Below are positions 27,569-40,400 of a stretch of 64,000 nt of DNA, one piece after another; positions within the stretch are counted from its first letter, which is position 1; every line of letters starts with the position of its first letter. The notes under the pieces are model-generated. The model was not told where the DNA came from. It saw nothing but the letters and a program-made list of their open reading frames with translations, and did no database searches. The position numbers and the translations under genes were made by a program. Source of the stretch: Pelomyxa schiedti (Eukaryota > Protista > Evosea); contig JAHLWZ010000183.1 of assembly GCA_020536535.1 (NCBI GenBank), positions 55,818-119,817 on the forward strand, written 5' to 3'.

Positions 27569-28749
27569 ATGGGGGATGACCGGAGCCTGTCACTTTCGCA
27601 GTCACTGAGTAAATGGTCGACGGCTGTGTCAAACCTGACAAATAACTTCCACACTTCCACGCCAACGCCTCCGACCAGTCTTGTTGTCGGAGATCACAGA
27701 TTCGAAGAGGAGAGTTTTACTACTCTCACTGCTTGCAGAGTGTGCAAGTGGGCCCGTAACTCTTTTTTTTTTTTTTTTTTGTTTCGGTGGAGTTGCGTGC
27801 ATTGCCCAAAAACCAAACAAAATTTTGCAGGAAAATGCTGTGGGGACTCGTGAACCAGGGGGTCAAATGCACAGGTTCAATGCACCACACCACAAGGAGG
27901 AGTTTTAGCTTACATTATTGATTACAGTGTGCGAATATATTGCTCATCGGGACTGTGCGCCTAAATGTACAGTAGCTTGTCTCAAAAGTTAACCACTCAA
28001 GAATCAATGCCTGTTGATAATTATATTAACAAACTACAAGTAACATAACTTATTCACTGGTAATTTTAGAGTCAATTGCCGTTTCCACTGTTGCCCCCAA
28101 ACACAAATTTGCACTGACTACTTTCACGAAACCCACATTTTGTGATTATTGCTCGTACTTTTCCCATACCCTTAAAACCTCGTCTCACCATCTCTAGAGA
28201 AATGATTTGGGGACTTATTAATCAAGGATTCCAATGTGTTGGTATGTTTCTGTACTTAATGCGAGTTATTAACCAAAAACAAAGAGTGCTCCTACGCAAC
28301 ACATGAACGGTGTAAAGCGGAGTCACTCAAAGTACCATGTAAAAACGATTGTTGCCCTACCGAATGTACCCCTTCTGCTTGTACGTCTTCTGCCTGTACC
28401 ACTTCTGCCTCTACCACTTCTGCGTGTACCACTTCTGTCTGTACCACACCTACACCTGCTTCCAATGCCACGGCACCACCAACAGAAACTCATGCAACAC
28501 CACCAACCCCACCTTCCCAGCAGCATAACTACTGTTTAGTGTGCTTCGAAAGAGACGTGAGCTTCCCTCCCCCTTATAATCCTCCTGCACTAACAGCACC
28601 ACTTACAGGTTAACACTGTACTTATACCCTGTGGCCACGAAGGACTATGTGAAGACTGCGCCAGCCTTGTAACAAGCCAAAATCCTGAATGTCCCGTATG
28701 CCGGAGCCCAGTAGAAAAATGGGTCAGGACATTCCACTGTGGTTGTTGA
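27569..28749 (+). CDS. Protein with two C1 (PKC-type) domains and a C-terminal RING finger
   Basis: HRF...TACRVC..; HKFALTTFTKPTFCDYC..WGLINQGFQC; CLVCFER..LIPCGHEGLCEDC..CPVCR. Confidence 0.8.
28372..28450 (+). repeat. 15-bp coding minisatellite (~5 copies, TSACT-like pentapeptide)
   Basis: ttctgc(c/t/g)tgtaccac-type units in tandem. Confidence 0.85.
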
Positions 28750-29014
28750 GAATGGTAGTAGGTTGAACTACCTCTATGTTTGTATAATCATGAAAGAAAC
28801 CCACACTGCTCCTCACATCTTTATTTAATTTAACAAAAACGCAACCATTGGCTCCCTTTCATAAATTTCTTTTGTTCGTCTGACCCTAGTTCCCTGCCCT
28901 TCAAAACGAATTCTGAGATCAAAATTACTCTCATTAATAAAATCATCAAAAATTTAATAGAAAGAAGGAGTTGGGTGCTGGTGCGAGAGACATCGGCGTG
29001 GAATTATTTGCGTG

Positions 29015-29879
29015 ATGAGCAATAAGGAGTTGTACGTTGGCAATCTTTCAGAGACCACGCGAACGAAGGACATAGAGGATTTGTTCGGCAAGATTGGCAA
29101 GGTCACACGATGCGAATTGCGGGGTCGTGACTTTGGCTTCATTGCATTCGACGACGCGAGGGACGCCGAGGACGCAAAAAAGGAATTGAATGGAGCAGAG
29201 TTGCATGGATGCAGATTGAAGTGCGAATTCCTCTATTTTTCTGCTTTGTGCCCATAATTTAAACAAATCACTAGAGTCGACTGGGCAAGACCAAAAAGAC
29301 CTAGAACTGAATCTTCCTATTATGACTCTCATAGAAGGTTTTTAGTATGCTGATCCCCTCAAGTTGAATTAATTCTTTCCTTGGCTTTTTTTTTTTAAGA
29401 AAAAGCCTCATACAACACATTCATTACTCACAAGTACATAGATCCCCACATAGGAGCGATCATAGGCATGATCGGCATCACAGACAAAGGGAATCTCCTC
29501 CTTCAGTATGCCAATTTGCTTTTTTTTTTTCTTTTCTTTTCTTTTCCCCACTTGTTCACGCACCGATTCCCTCTAGTACCCTTCTCTCTTCTTTCCTGCC
29601 CTTATTTCAAGAGTGTAAACAGTGTGATAGTATTCACCATCTGGAGATGTAGATGATCTAGGGAGAGTACGAAGACGTAACCATTCACATTCCAGTTCAT
29701 CCTCCAATTCCCGATCACGCTCGCCATTGTCAGCGGCATCATCCAGCAGTACATCACGGTCCCGGTCTCCAGTTTCTAGTCATCCCCATCACAAACACAA
29801 CAACCACCACCATCACCACCACTCCAGTTCACATCATCATCACAGGTCACCATCAGCCAGCCCAAAGCACAAGGAATGA
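29015..29879 (+). CDS. SR-family splicing factor (RRM + RS/His-rich tail)
   Basis: LYVGNL (RNP2), DFGFIAF (RNP1), DAEDAK..LNG; RSRSP-rich tail. Confidence 0.82.
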
Positions 29880-29973
29880 TTCCAGTCCTTGTGGGTAATG
29901 GCACAAAAAAAGTTCTGGTAAATATTGTTGGAAAAAATATGATGGTTTCTGTGTGCTACACTAGCCAAAATTT

Positions 29974-32900
29974 TTACATTAAAACAAGAAAGACGAGACT
30001 CAGACTTCTTCCTCTGGAGCCATGACTTTTTGAAACGCTCTGAGCCATTCGACAGCTATCACTTCCGAGCCTGCCTTCAAGGTGAGAGTATTGGGTGACT
30101 TGGTTTTCCCATCTGTTATTTGGGTAAGAAATTGCTTGAATAAGGAAGGCTGGAGGGAAAAATACAGAAAATGCGCAGATTAACAGCTTCCAGGTGCTCA
30201 ACATTGGTAATTTCACTCACAGGTATCCGGATGTTCTAGAAGAAATAAGGAAACCTGGTAATGAATGGGAGAATTCCCGATGGGAAAGGAAGAAACCTTG
30301 GAGTCACATGTGAAGTGAGCCCTTGTTAAAGAGAAAAGATGTGATCTCCCAGCAACAACTTTGTGAATTATCATGAGGTGCCCTGCTGGTGTTTAGCTCA
30401 CTAAACAGGAAAGAAGGTGTTTCTACCTGATTTTACAACTTCCACTTGCCGCGCAATTGCACCTCCAACAAGTAGTGTGGGTGTTGTTTCAGAGGCATAT
30501 TCCAGAACCGAATCAGAGTGTGTTGTAGTTGTGGCCTGATTCTCCGGTGTAACAATGAAACAGCAAACGACTTTTGGCCCACTGCTTGTAATACACCATA
30601 GAATGCCTTTTTTGTTGCTTTGTGCTGATGCTGTTGTACTTGCAATGATATCACTATCCAAGAATTGTATTTCTCCAACTAGTGGTATGTCACTGGACTT
30701 TCCTAAAAGATTTCCAGAGCTTGTGCCAGGTAAGGGCAAAAAAACAAAAGCCACCTCTACTGGCATGGATGAAACTTGTAAAAGAGGCAGAACGCCTTCT
30801 CTTTTACTGCTTTGTGAGAGTTTCAGGGACCCTGAACTCGGTGATGCAAGAATTCTTTCAGGTTGTCCCAGATCAAAAATCGCTTCCTCTTTAATTTCCG
30901 GTTTTGGTGCTTCAACCAACAAAGCCGAAGTTTCGGCTAGAACTTGTGTAAAATCCCATCCAGTAACATGTCCGTTATTATCTCCAATCCACACCTTTCC
31001 CATCCCAGTGCATATAGAGGTGGCATCAAAGTCCACGTGCCCGCTAAGGCTTGGATTTTCTAAGTCAATACGAACCAGGAGTGTGTGTGTCAGTGGTTGC
31101 CAAATTTGCACTGACTTTGATCGAAGCAGGAGTGCAAAAATAAAACTCTCCACTTTTGTCATCCGTGATACTCTCCCATCAGTTTTTATGACAGAAAATG
31201 TATTAGTGGCCAGTTCAATTATCTGAATAGTGGGACCTATTCCTATCCATATTGCCGAGCCGAACTGGATCATACACAATGGAGCAGCCTTTCCGTGAAG
31301 GGGAATTTCTCCTTGCACTCTCTTTTCTTCAACATTTATCCTCATAATAACAGGGGGCCCGTCACAGGCGCACCACAATTCTGACTTCCCCTCATTTACA
31401 ACATGGCACATGGATACAACCATGTGGCCTAGCTCTATATGTGGAGATTCATCCAGCGTAGTGATCTGCGCAGAAAATATTTTTGTGGGCATCCCAAGTG
31501 AGGGTAGGAGATAAAGAAGGTGTGAAATAGGGGCTGTTGCTTGTCCTCTAGGTCTTCTCCCTTGATAAATGCATAATACTTCAGAGACCACAACAATGCA
31601 GCTCTGTCTCACTTCAATACTACTTTCACTAGCATCAGTGCCGTGAAGAGTGCGGCTGTTGGCAGCAACAAGAGCTACTTCCCGTTCCGTGGACGAAGTG
31701 AATTCAGTGAATGCTGGGGCATAAAATACAGAGCCATTCTCAAACACAGAAACAGCTAAGTTATTCTGTGGGACGAGACATAAGGATTTGGCCTTTGACA
31801 GTGGGCTATATCTTGAAAGCAGTTTCACTTCATGCTTTTCAATGGTCCCGGCAGTGCTGCAGGTTTCGGCCATATCCACTAAATAGAATTAGATAGGACT
31901 TTGTACTCTTCCATACTTGTGGCAGTAAGAAGCTGAACTAGAAGCCGGGCGGTAGGTCTCTCACAAGGATCGTGGGCCCAGCAATATCGAATCAAATTTT
32001 GGAACGCCTGTGGACAAGTGTCGGGAATAGTTGGTCGAGCACCCTTCTGAATGGCAGTTTTGGCCTTGTTCTCAAGGAGTACACATTGAGTTTGCCTAAC
32101 TTCCACTGCAGTTGAGTACTCCTGAATTGTCTTAGCTGCGCGTTGGAGAAGCATTTCTATCCAAGTTTGAGACCACTTGATCAGCACCATCTTCTCTTCC
32201 AAGGCTTTGACATCAAGCAATAAATCCTGGTTTGGAGGTTGTGAAGCAAACTTGGAGAGCTGCGAAGAAATCTGGGCCAATTGGTTGTCGACTACTTGAA
32301 GGTCTTGTGTGTACTTGGGAACTTCCAATTGGCACCGTTTAAACTCAGCTTCGTCATATGTTTTGGGTCCAGCTTTCCTGACAGTTGTTTCTGTCTCCTT
32401 AGAAAACTGTGGATCCATATCAAATGGGGAGAGCGGCCTCTTCACTAGCTCCAGCATAACCATGCCAAAGCTGTAAATATCTATGTGTGTAAGTGAGGAT
32501 TTCCAAGTCTGTTTGCTGACCTGACTCCGTGCCATAACTTTGCTGGATATCTAAAACTTCAGGTGCAAGCCATTCCCAGGTACTTAAACCAGATCCCCCC
32601 TGTGATGGTCTTATTCTGGTGGCCAATCCGTAATCCCCTATCTTGGCTATTGTGATAAAGCAAAAATGAGAAATTATGTTGGCCAACCTTGGCTCTAAGA
32701 CGATCTTTGTGTGATACAAGAAACACATTTGGTGAGCGTAGATCTCTTATTAAGTTAGAGGGTATTGAAAAGTAATCAAACAACCTATGAATATAGGGAG
32801 TTGGAATGTTTGAATGGAGTGCATGCAATCCCTTAGCTATGTCTCGAGCAATGTGGTACATTAAGGGAAGGCTTATTTGCGCAGACGAATCGTTTAGCAA

Positions 32901-35900
32901 TGTCCGTAAGTCTCCATGTTGAGCAAATTCCATTACCCTATTGAAGAATTGAGCTTAAGATATCTTGGCAAAAATACATCATTAGTGGTGTGTAGCAAAC
33001 GCCGAACAGTGAAATGAGGTGCTTCTTTGGCGGCAGTTCAGCCATAACCTGGGAAAAGGGTAATATGAAGAATTTGAAGAAAACAGAACCCACCTCGACT
33101 TCCTTTCTAAATTCCGCGAAGGAGGCCTCTGCAGTAGTTGAAGATTTGTCCTTCATATTGTCGGTATTATTTCCTGATTTATCTATTAACATCTTTACAG
33201 CCACTTCTTTTTCAGTGTGCATTTGCCTAGCCTGGTCCCACTGTTTCCACTTTCCTTTAAACACAATTCCAAAGCCACCTCTTCCTAGTATCTTCAAGAT
33301 TTCTATTTCTGGGCACGTGATTTGAACCTTTTGTGTAATCCCACTGCACAGTTCCGGGGCCATCTCACATGGGCTGAAGCTTTGATTGCACTTAGGGCAC
33401 GCCAACATCTTCCTTTCCCTAAAGGTAGTGGCAACCTGAGTACTGGAAAATGAGCCACAAGCTGGATAAGTAATTCCTTTTTTAATACAAGCATTGCAGA
33501 GTACAAGTTCATCAAACTTCGAGGAGGAAGATTGCAAAGAAATTGTGTCATTGAGTGCTGCCATAGCTCGATCTAGTAGAATAGGTCTTCCATTGATTGG
33601 TTCCCAGACGCGAACCTCTACTGAATACCCAGTGCCAACTTTTGTTCCACATATCCCAACTACCTCAACTTGTTGCCCATTTCGTCGCACGCACACAGCA
33701 CCACTGCGCCAGAGATGCTCATGCGTTATATCTGCACCTTGCAGTATTGCAGCTTCCACTTGAGGCAAGAAATCAGGTGAACTATTTGGAAATTTAACAA
33801 GTCGCATAAACAAGCTGTGTTGGTCTGAGGTCAGACGTGCCGCACATTGTTCGATAGGTTCTTGCTGACCTTCTTCCAGCTGGCTCGGGATAAGATACCC
33901 CAAGCCAGTTTGAACTGCACTTGAAATCGTGATAGGAAGAATCATGCTTTTGGACTTGAGGAGGGATATAATTTGCTGATGCGAAAGTTTTGGCAAATCT
34001 GGAGCATAGCGCCATAGTTCACGTTCTAAAAGGTCTGGGCCGATGCAAGCTTGTCCTGGTGTAAGGTTGACTGGATTGACACAGGAAAATAAGACTCTTC
34101 CGAGAAAAGTTGGGTTCATGAAGACACAGTTCCAATCTTTCACTTCGTGAAAAAACATGAGAACACCTACGTCGTGCATAAAGGTAACTGCATCAAAGAA
34201 ATCCTTTGGCTCCACCAAGTACTCAGAGGCTAGGTGCTTGAAGTCGCGTAAAAGTAAAACTTGATTGCTGTTGGAATACTGCTGGTGAATGGTGTTTGCT
34301 AAAACAGCCCAAGATCCTGGATGTGGTTTTTGAAGCAGCATTGCACTAGAAACTAATTCGTTTAGGACATTCCTTGCCACATTTTCAGGGTTCACTACTG
34401 GAACAAAAGTATGATTTCCACTGCATGACACGTTTTTGGCAATTTCTATTACGGCTTGATCATATTGAGGTGCGTTGAAACCAACAAAAACGATGCGTTC
34501 ATTGCTCTTGTAAGAAGCAGTTGAGACAGCCACAAGTTGCTTTAGTGACTGTATTTGCGAAGAGGAGTAGTTGCAGCAGTCAAACGCAATAACAAACAGC
34601 GATTGACAAGTCATAAGGGCTTGATGTATCCCACTTTTAATTGCTATCTCTGTGGGTAAAAACAAAGAAACCTACAATGTTTACCTTTTGGTGAAAAACA
34701 TAATATCTGGAAGTGAAACTGCTCAAAGTCAATGGACTGAGCACACAGTTCAGCTGTGCGTCAGTTAGTGCAAAGGAGAAAGAAGGGAAAGCACACAAGT
34801 CGGTGCCACAACTGCAGGGTTTAAATGGTGCCATAAAATTGGAGCTGCCTTCATATGTGTTTGTGTTTAGTACACGGAGAAACAGAAGACCACACTCACA
34901 TCACCAAGTATAATTACACGAAACCTATTCCATAAATGAGGCTTGCGAGTAAGGGGTGTATCCTCAAGATATCGCATCAGCTGGTCTGGATTTATGAGTT
35001 TTCCTTTGGGAATGGAACCCAGTGGATTATTGGCAATGAGGACATCCTTCTGCTTTCTCAGCAGTAGAGATATAGAGCAGGGCAAGTCCTCAAGCTTTAA
35101 AAAATTAAAAAAATTCTTAGAATTATGTGGAACTACATTGTTGTGGGATATATTTAGATATTCGAGTTTTTCCATATTACCAATATCATCACATATGGAA
35201 GAAATTAGGTTATTGGATACCTAGTTATAAAGTTAAAACAGTAGCTGAAGGCGGGTTTACATCAAGTGAAGACAGGGCCGAGAATTTCAGAATTTGCCTC
35301 GTGATTGTATCAATTCTATTTTCTGTTTTTTTTTTTAAGGGAAAAAGAGATTTATAACTCACCTTTTAGAATAAGTTGCTTCAAATTGTGTAATACTGAC
35401 AAGCAATACGGGACTTCTTTCAAGCAGTTCGCAGTCAAGTCAATTAAACACAGTGTCCCGAATGTTTTGGGGTCTAACAAAGGGACTACGTGCAGTTTCA
35501 TCTGTGTAAGTACTAACTTTCCTTGTGGAGGAACCTGGAGTCTTTTTTTTAGGTCTGAGAGGGTGAGACAAATTCGGAAGGGAATACTTTACCCTCGTTT
35601 TTATGTAGCAGCGACATGATGGTCTTCTCCTTTCCAGGGGACACTTTGTTGCCACATATACTGGCTAAGGTCAAAGAAGTATTAATGTGAAGAGATGCTG
35701 CTAGTTCGTCTGCCCCACTGTCTTCAATCCGTGTTCCTATCGTGCTTACTCACTTTATTTGTGGAAGAGATAATTACCTGCAAGGTGAAGGATTTCTAAA
35801 GTATTATTTATTTCTAGAGCTTTTGCGAGTTGAGTAATTCCTTCGGCGAGAGGGTTTCCTTGGTCATGTTACTAGCATGTCTTTGACTTACACACCCCCA

Positions 35901-37104
35901 CCCCAAAAAGTTAGGGAAGAGTGGTGCCTCCTAAATCAAGTTTAGTGAGTGACTTATTCTTAGTCAACATAGAACTGATGCACAAGGCACCCTGAGAGTC
36001 AAAGATATTCCCTTTTTTTGGTTAGGCATGGATAGGGCTGTGACGTGGCTATAGTACCATAGAGATGAAGAGCTTTCAGTTCAGAGCAGTTGTGTTGACA
36101 CAGCGCACATAATCCAGCATTATCAATGTTGTTCTCTTGTGGTTTTTAGGATCAAGCAACATAGGCCAGAACCAAATGTACCAGATAAATTAAGACTCTC
36201 CAGAGAAGGGATAATCAAAGACTCAATGTTGCTGCACATTTCCACAGATAACGGAATGGAGTTCCCTACAACAGTGAGCATCGAACCACAAAAAATCTAA
36301 GAAAAACCCTACCCGCAAATGAAAAGTCTTTCAACCCAATTGCCTTCATGTGTCTACCAATAGACTGAATTCCTCCAATATTGATAGAATTGTCTGCCAA
36401 GATGTTAACCCCTTGCAGATTTCCCCTACCCGCACACACAAGAGATATCAAGGAATAGTATTTTGTGGTGAGAAATTATTTCAAGAACTGAGTTCAGAGT
36501 ATCATCCCCAAGACTGCACTCTTCAAATGCAGTTAGGTAACCTTTTTTGTGGAGAGGTGAAACCAACTTGAAAGAGTCAAGCATCGAATTCCTTCTAAGG
36601 GTCCCAAACTGGGTGCCCCCAGAAAAGGGGTCCCTGAAAGAAACTGTTGGTAAGCAATAACAAGAAAAGGGGGAAAACCTGACAGTTGCAACATCTGTTC
36701 CGCGGAAAACTGAGATTGAAAAGCCAGTGGACCCACTTCCATTATCCCAGAAGAACCTGGTGATTCCGGTATAAACATTAGGTATTAGCCACAATAATAA
36801 GAGCAAGAAGATAAAAACTTACTCCTACCGACAAGCTTGGATGCTCGTAGAGTTACAGAAGACAGATGAGATTTGATGCCCCGTCGCGTTCCGCTCTTGT
36901 TCTTTTTTTTAAAGTTACCAATTTGGCACGCACAACGCAAACGCGTTTGACAACTTTGCCGGGTTCGTTGGTCTGGCAGTCCTGCGGCGTAGCTGCTTCA
37001 GCGCTTTCTTTTGCACTCTTGCTCGTAGTGGCAGGGCTGTTGCTCTCAGTGGGTTTACCCGGGGTGCTCGGCCGCGGCGGGCCTGGGCTCTGGTCCTCTC
37101 TCAT
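29974..37104 (-). CDS. ROCO-family protein: LRRs, degenerate ROC, COR, TKL kinase, WD40-like C-terminus
   Basis: LRR exons (LEYLNISHN, IANNPL); COR (AVTFMHDVGVL..F..VFMNPTFL); kinase GRGGFG, VAVK, HRDLRSPN, DYG, WEWLAPE. Both ends approximate. Confidence 0.85.
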
Positions 37105-37463
37105 TTGTTGGTTGTTTTTCAACGAAAACTCGTTTCGTCCTCTCTTCTCCCTGAGTTGGTGGTTTGGTTTGGAATAGCCTGGACTGGTGATACACCGTTC
37201 ATCGCCAGCAGAAAGCGGAATGTAGGGAGTAATGGGAGTCCTGTTGGGTTCAGAATTGTTGAACTTCGTAGGAGAAGATTGAGCTTCATCATCAAAAACC
37301 ATCAAACCCGTTTTTTCTGAACCCGACTCGAAGTGTGGTTCCAGCCAAACTTCGAGGTGTTTGTCAGTTTGTTCTTGTTAACCAAAAAAAAACCACCAAT
37401 TTTTGTCTTCACTTTTTGGGTTGAGGTTTGGTGTTCTATTTGCCGAGGTTCTGGTCTTACTTC

Positions 37464-40400
37464 ATGGCTCAAGAGGCAGTCACATTTGGGATAATTGGGG
37501 ATGAGGGTGTGGGAAAGAGAACGCTTATTATCCTCTATTTCACTGGCTCTCTTCCACCGTACATCCCATCCTTCTTGGAAACACAAACCACCAACGTGAT
37601 GGTGGATCAAAGTTGGGTCCAGCTTAAATTCGCGCCTATTGACTCACCAAATGAATTTCGCCCTGAAATGGTAAAGACTCAGCTTCATGTCGATAAGTGA
37701 AAAGGGGAACTTGTTGGGGTTGGGTTCTCACTGTTTTCAACAGGTGGACATTTCTTACTACAATAGTCATGCCGACATATTCCTCATTGCCTTCTCCGTA
37801 GTCAAGCCAATCTCATTTGAGAATGTGAGTGCCAAGTGGTACCCTCAGATGAAACACTTTCTTCCCCATGCCGCATGCCTCCTGGTGGGCACTCAAACTG
37901 ACCTCAGGGACAACAGAGAGACCCGCGAAATTGCCAACATACATGCCACACCTGTCATCACATACAGTCAAGGAGTTACCAAGGCCAAGGACATTGGAGC
38001 CTTAAAGTACATGGAATGCTCCTCTGTGGATGGGTATGGATTAGATAAATTGATACCCGAGGCAATACGTGGTGTTCGCGCCCTCCGGCTCTCACTGAAA
38101 ACCAAGAAGAGTGGCCCAGCCTCTGTTCTTACCCACTGGTCATCCAAGTCAAAGTCATCCTCGTCATCCTCGTCGGGCAAGAAGGCCGCAAAGGGAGGAC
38201 TCTCGATCGGTTTGCCACACATCGGAAAGCCAAAGGTCGGAGTTGACGTCAAGGTTGATGTGCCAAAGCCAGAGGCGCCAAAAGCAAAGGTTGATGTGAA
38301 GACTCCTTCAAAAGGCAAAAAAACCAGGTCTTCTTCTTCCTCCTCCAAGAAGACACCCACTGGTAAAGGTTCGGGTCCCTCTCCCATTTCCACTTCTGGT
38401 GGTGGAGGAGGATTCTTCTCTCGTTTTGGGATGAAATCGTCTGGAAAAGTTGAAACCAAGGCTCCCTCTGGTTCTGTTAAAGGTGAACTCACCGTCAAAC
38501 CCACGAAAAAGTCTTCGAGCTCTTCTTCCAAAGAAAAAGGAAAATCTTCTGAAAGACATCATTTCCCTGGTTTAGGATTTGGCAAGACAAAATCAAAAAC
38601 CACTCTTCCAGAGCTTCCAGCAAAAGTTGATGTGAAGGTTGCTGCTTCGAAGCCTGAAGGCAAAGTAGTGGTCGAACCCAAAGCGACCGTTGAAGTTAAT
38701 GTTCCACATCGCTCCAAGAGTAAATCCAAGTCTTCTTCCTCCTCCTCCTCCTCTGGGAAGACTGGGCACAGCAAGCCGAAAATTGATGTGAATATCAAAG
38801 CCTCAGGAAGCCATACCACCGTCAGTACTAAAGTAAAAGCCGGTTCGCACTCTTCATCTTCTTCCAAAAAGAAACTTGATGTGAAGTTGGGTGCCTCTGT
38901 TCACGTGGCTGGGAAGGCTTCTTCCCCAAAGATCCACTCAGGGAAGAAATCCAAGTCGTCTTCTTCATCTAGCTCTAGTGGTAAAGCACACCACAAGGCC
39001 AAAGTCGCCCCACGATTAATCAACGGTTTCCCTGAAATTGTTGTCAGCCCTGCTTGTTCATCCGACTCTTCTGATAGCAAAAAGAGACTGGCTGCTGCCA
39101 TCAAACCCGTTGACATGACCATAGACATCAAAGCCAGACTCTCTCAGATCAACCTCGACCGTCCTGCCCTCAAATTGTCATTCAAACCTGGTGGGAAATT
39201 CCGCTCCTCCTCCAGCAGCTGGAAGAAACCTAAAGTGGTTGCCGTCGTTAAAGTAAAAGGAAAAGCTGAAGTGTCATCAGGAAAGAAGTCATCCTCTTCG
39301 TCCAGCAAAAAACACTCCAAGAGTGAAGCCAAACCAAAGAGAGCAGGATTTTTGGGATCACTGTTCCTGGGAGGAGTTGAAGCCGATGCTAAAGTCACAG
39401 CAGACACCAAGACTGATTCCAAGACCAACGTAAGTGCCAGTGCTGAAGTAGGCAGTGTGAGCCTGGGAGTTGGACTGGGAGGCTCTGCCAAGGTGGATGT
39501 AGCAGCCACTGCTGGCTCCAAGGCCGCTGCTGCCGTTTCCACAGAAACCAAACCCGCAGAATTATCCGCGAGTGTTGAAGTGTCATCCAAGGGTTCACCG
39601 CACGGCCACAATCACGAGAAGTGCCGCAAAGAACTGCAAGAAGCAAAGGAAAAGCTGAAACTGTTAGAAGACAGAAACTCTGCTCTCGAGATCGAGATGC
39701 ATGCGAAAGATGCTGAAATTGAAAGGATCTTGGGAGTGAACAAGCACCTCAGTGAGTGTTTGAGAGAAGTCAATGAGCAAGTCTTGGCACGCAACGTACA
39801 ACTGGAAGAGAAACAAAAAGAAATAAAAAAACTCATAGTGGTACAGACGGAACTCACTGCATCCAAGGTTTGTTGAGCAGAAATATTTATGAAAAAAAAA
39901 CCAAACTAGGAAATTGCAGAGACCATGACATCGTTGGTTGGAGCAGGCATTGAGTCATTTGGATTGGAGAAATTCCTGGGTTCAGGTTCAAATGCAGCCA
40001 CTTTCCAAGTTCAATCTTTCCAAAGGAGAAACGTTGTACAGCCTCACCTCTCTGCAAGGATGGCAATGAAAGTATTGTTCAACTGGGAGAACACACCACA
40101 ACAAACACTTATCAAGCAGAAGTACATGAAAGAGTGCCTCATTCTTGCTTCCCTCCCTCTTCACCCTAATGTGATTCACCCTCTGGGAACTCTTGTGATC
40201 CCTAGGTAAGTGTCCAGTTTGTATTTGGAATTCTCATTGCAATTTGCAGATTCCCACAAGAGTTTATCAATGCAATTCCGTCAGATCAACCAGTTTATAA
40301 AGAGCTGGCACTGAATAAGTCACTTGCGTTTCTGTTGCCCTTCTGTGGTGTTTCTTTGGGAAATTTTTTTGCCACCCTTGAACCTGGAGGATCCACAACA

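Noticed and set aside
37968-39866. Long antisense ORFs over the K/S-rich region (Glu/Asp/Phe-rich)
   Set aside because: They are shadows of low-complexity sense codons (TCC/TCT/AAG) that lack reverse-strand stops.
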